Part shown: positions 61,033 to 64,000 of the stretch, piece by piece | Layout: every line of letters starts with the position of its first letter | Numbering within the stretch: the first letter of the stretch is position 1 | NCBI GenBank assembly: GCA_963805085.1 | Contig: CAWDTA010000002.1 | Span: 1,472,001-1,536,000, forward strand | Reading direction: 5' to 3' | DNA: 64,000 bases | From: an uncultured Veillonellaceae bacterium | GTDB lineage: Bacteria; Bacillota; Negativicutes; JARBTT01 | The notes under the pieces: model-generated | The model's database searches: none | Told to the model about the DNA's origin: nothing | What the model saw: only the letters and a program-made list of their open reading frames with translations | Made by a program: the position numbers and the translations under genes

Positions 61033-61426
61033 TTATACGCTATATTCGGTCACTTACAGGAATTTATGAGTACAAAGGACTTAGAAATAGCCTTCGAAGA
61101 AGTAATTGATGGCGATGGTACAGTTTCGGGATAAGTCAGCATCCTCAATGGAACTCTATGAGCAGACCATTCGCATTAAGAAAATAACAGTTCGTTATGG
61201 TATTCCACTGCTCGTAAATGATTGCATAGATATCGCATCGGCAAACGGAGCTGACGGTGTACATATCGGGCGAAGTGATATTTCTGCTACCATTGCCCGA
61301 AAGATAATAGAACGCGATATACTTTTGAGCGTATTCGCTTCCTACGTCAATGAAGCTCTGCAAGTTGCCCCTTCAAAATATATTGTATATGAGGACGTTT
61401 TGCAGGCTGTCAAAAGCGCGAAGTAG
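61016..61426 (+). pseudogene. thiE: Thiamine-phosphate synthase pseudogene
   Basis: MNRKFDYTLY.. then frameshift; VQFRDK, LLVND, DGVHIG; C-terminal half deleted. Confidence 0.8.
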
Positions 61427-61554
61427 TCAGAAATGATCGTTTATGGTGTTTACGACAAATATTCTGAGCATAATCAATCGGAATTTAGCGCATGAGCGGA
61501 TGGTTATCTATTTGATTTTCGTAATGCGTTCATACCGTACAGGGAGGTGTAATA

Positions 61555-62049
61555 ATGGCAGAGTTGTGGGATATGTATAATCAGGAGCGAAAAAAGACCG
61601 GACACTTACATGAGCGCGGAACACCGATTCTGCAAGGTTTCTATCATCTTGTGGTAAGTATCTGGATTGTGAACAGTCAAGGGCAATATCTTATGTCACA
61701 ACGACACCCAAGTAAGCCGTATCCTGAATATTGGGAGTGCACGGGTGGTTCTGTTATTGCCGGTGAAAATAGTTTGCAAGGAGCTATTCGAGAAGTAAAA
61801 GAAGAATTAGGATTGTCGCTTGACGCCGATACAGCACAGCTGATTTATCAGACACGCCGAGAGGATTGTCAGGACTTTTATGATGTGTGGCTTTTCCATT
61901 TTGACATTAACATAAAAGAATTGACTTTACAAAATTCAGAGGTTATTAATGCATGTTGGATGTCAAAAGAAGCTATCAATATATTAAATCAAATGAATAA
62001 ACTTCATCCATTACTTTCATATTATCAGGATATTCTGATGCTAGGGTGA
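61555..62049 (+). CDS. NUDIX hydrolase
   Basis: GGSVIAGENSLQGAIREVKEELG Nudix box. Confidence 0.92.
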   Translation: MAELWDMYNQERKKTGHLHERGTPILQGFYHLVVSIWIVNSQGQYLMSQRHPSKPYPEYWECTGGSVIAGENSLQGAIREVKEELGLSLDADTAQLIYQTRREDCQDFYDVWLFHFDINIKELTLQNSEVINACWMSKEAINILNQMNKLHPLLSYYQDILMLG

Positions 62050-62069
62050 TGTATGACAAGGGGAAGGAG

Positions 62070-62148
62070 GTACTGTCTCGAAAAAAAGTGTTGTGATACC
62101 AGTGAGCAGAGTAAATTAACAAGACGAAACCACTATCCCCTTATCATT
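62070..62148 (+). repeat. Possible 3' remnant of the dispersed repeat (copy L)
   Basis: ggaggtactgtctcgaaaaaaag...aacaagacgaaaccactatccccttatcat resembles the long-form tail. Confidence 0.55.
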
Positions 62149-62407
62149 AACCTATGTCATCTGCATCGGATATTTTTACGAATCCGAAAATACGGCGTGT
62201 GTGTGTGCTTGATTTTGGATATAGTTTATCGGTATTATTAACATAAAAAAACTTTCTTTTAGGTTTGAATTGCTTAGCAGCGGATTCATATCTGTTAGGA
62301 AGTTTTTCATTCTTTTTCATAGTTGCAAAATAGCTTACATTTTGTTACAATGAATTCATCTAATAAGAGATAATCATTATCTCTGCATTTAAAACTAAAT
62401 ATATTGA

Positions 62408-62530
62408 AATATCTTCAGGGCAGGGTTAAATTCCCGACCGGTGGTAAGCAGATTTGCTGCAAGCCCACGAGCCGCAAGGCAGATTTGGTGTGATTCCAAA
62501 GCCGACAGTATAGTCTGGATGTAAGAAGAG
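62408..62530 (+). ncRNA. FMN riboswitch (RFN element)
   Basis: tcttcagggcagggttaaattcccgaccggtggt..agcccacga..gatttggtg..attccaaagccgacagtatagtctggatg.aagaaga; terminator at about 62594-62620. Confidence 0.97.
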
Positions 62531-62657
62531 AAGTAAGTAGATGCAATAGGGCTTAGTAAGCTCGCATATGCATGCGTTTACAAATCATTAGATTCCCGAA
62601 GAGATTTCGGGGATTTTTTAGTTTTAAGGTGTGATGATATTTTTAGGGGGAATAGAC

Positions 62658-63245
62658 ATGGTTTCTACCAATACACGATATATTACTAAAATCGGAATGT
62701 TATCAGCAATTGCTGTGATCTTAATGTTTTTTGAAGTACCTTTACCAATGATGCCTATTTTTTTGAAATTGGATGTCAGCGAATTGCCTGCGATTATTGG
62801 AGCCTTTGTGTTCGGCCCTATGGCAGGTGTGGCGATTGAATTTATTAAAAATCTGCTACATGCTGCAAATACGCAAACAATGGGAATTGGGGAAGTTGCT
62901 AATTTTCTAGTGGGCGTGGCATTTGTTCTGCCAGCAGGCTATTTGTATCAACGCTATCATAGTCACAAGGGAGCTGTCATCGCTCTCGTTGTTGGAACCT
63001 TTTCTATGATGTTTCTGGCGTCATTGCTGAATTATTTTATATTGCTGCCCATATATCAGGCGGTACTGCATTTTCCACTAGAGCAAGTCGTTCATATGGG
63101 TACAATCGCAAATCCTCAGATTATTGATTTAAAATCTTTTATTGCCTTAGCAATTGCACCTTTTAATATGATAAAAGGAATTGTCATGTCTCTGCTGACT
63201 TTGGTGATTTATAGAAAACTATGCAATGTATTATGCGAAAGATAA
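62658..63245 (+). CDS. ribU: ECF riboflavin transporter S component
   Basis: FLKLDVSELPA, GEVANF, PFNMIKG; downstream of the FMN riboswitch. Confidence 0.92.
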   Translation: MVSTNTRYITKIGMLSAIAVILMFFEVPLPMMPIFLKLDVSELPAIIGAFVFGPMAGVAIEFIKNLLHAANTQTMGIGEVANFLVGVAFVLPAGYLYQRYHSHKGAVIALVVGTFSMMFLASLLNYFILLPIYQAVLHFPLEQVVHMGTIANPQIIDLKSFIALAIAPFNMIKGIVMSLLTLVIYRKLCNVLCER

Positions 63246-63266
63246 GCTGAAATTTAGTCCTTAGGT

Positions 63267-63320
63267 AAAAGCATTAAAAGACCACTCTTTTTAAGGAGTA
63301 GTCTTTTAATGCTTTTTTTT
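63267..63320. terminator. Bidirectional terminator
   Basis: aaaagcattaaaagac...gtcttttaatgctttttt. Confidence 0.8.
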
Positions 63321-63337
63321 ATTTTGATGATTGATTT

Positions 63338-64000
63338 TTATAGTTGTTTGGGGCCGGGGAGTGTGAAGCCTCTGCCTAAAACTTCCACGGCATCTTGAAC
63401 GATCATAAAAGCATTAGGGTCTACAGCTTGGATGAGAAGCTTGATCTGACCAATTTGAGTTAGACTCACAACGACAAAGATCACTTGTTTTTCTTGGCGG
63501 GTAAAGGCGCCTGTTCCATTGAGAATCGTAGCACCTCTGCCTACTTCTTTTAAGATGGCTTCAATGATTTCATCGGTTTTATAAGAAACAATATGCAAGG
63601 TTTTCTTACGATTAAATCCTTCCACGACATTGTCCGTAATATTTGCGCCAATAAACATGGAGATAAGGGTGAGAATGGCTAGTTTAATGCCAAAGAGAAT
63701 AGCAGCGACCAGCATAATCAGGCAATTAATCGAAAAGGAAGTAATACCTACATTGAGAGAGTAGTATTTTTTTAGGATGCTGGAAATGACATCAAGTCCG
63801 CCGCCGCTGCCATTGGCTCTAAATATAAGGCCGGAGCCAATGCCTGTCACAATACCACCCGTGATCGCAGAGAGAATTGGATCATCGACGATCATAAAAT
63901 TCGCTAAATAGTCTGTTGCATCTACGAATACGGAAAAGAGCACTGCCCCATAGACGGTTTTAAAAAAATATTCTCTGCCAATGAGCCGATAAGCAGCATA
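63338..64000 (-). CDS. YitT-family membrane protein (5' end outside the window)
   Basis: GSGGGLD, GRGAT..G.GAFT, DPNAF...EVLGRGF. Confidence 0.88.
   Translation of the reverse strand, partial: YAAYRLIGREYFFKTVYGAVLFSVFVDATDYLANFMIVDDPILSAITGGIVTGIGSGLIFRANGSGGGLDVISSILKKYYSLNVGITSFSINCLIMLVAAILFGIKLAILTLISMFIGANITDNVVEGFNRKKTLHIVSYKTDEIIEAILKEVGRGATILNGTGAFTRQEKQVIFVVVSLTQIGQIKLLIQAVDPNAFMIVQDAVEVLGRGFTLPGPKQL

Overview
Low-GC Firmicute DNA, probably a spore-forming anaerobe (inferred from SigH-like promoters, WG-repeat proteins and the gene content). Most of the window is accessory DNA. (1) About 12 same-orientation copies of a 100-215 bp non-coding repeat punctuate 0.4-6.6 kb, 40.4-47.2 kb, 54.4 kb and 62.1 kb and separate unrelated single-gene 'cassettes'. 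Each copy carries a G:U-containing hairpin, a SigH-type promoter and a REP-like GAACGTCCC/GGGACAGGGAACCTGTCCC end. (2) An IS110 element at the left edge has a readable bridge RNA whose target guides match that repeat, and an IS1182 element is inserted in another copy. (3) A 29 kb trans-AT PKS cluster (7.4-36.5 kb) ends in a leinamycin-type DUF2156 + PLP cysteine-lyase (DUF-SH) didomain, with a separate KS0-TE, predicting a sulfur-containing polyene. (4) A nested IS graveyard (IS1380, IS3 x2, IS4, IS701, IS256 x2) contains probable group II intron scars. (5) An XRE switch pair, a fructose-class PTS/aldolase/isomerase operon and a WG-repeat protein follow. (6) A bacimethrin (thiamin antivitamin)/thiaminase I cluster is coupled to a TPP-riboswitch thiamin salvage operon. 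(7) FMN riboswitch-ribU and a YitT-family gene close the window. All calls come from reading the sequence; no database searches were run.
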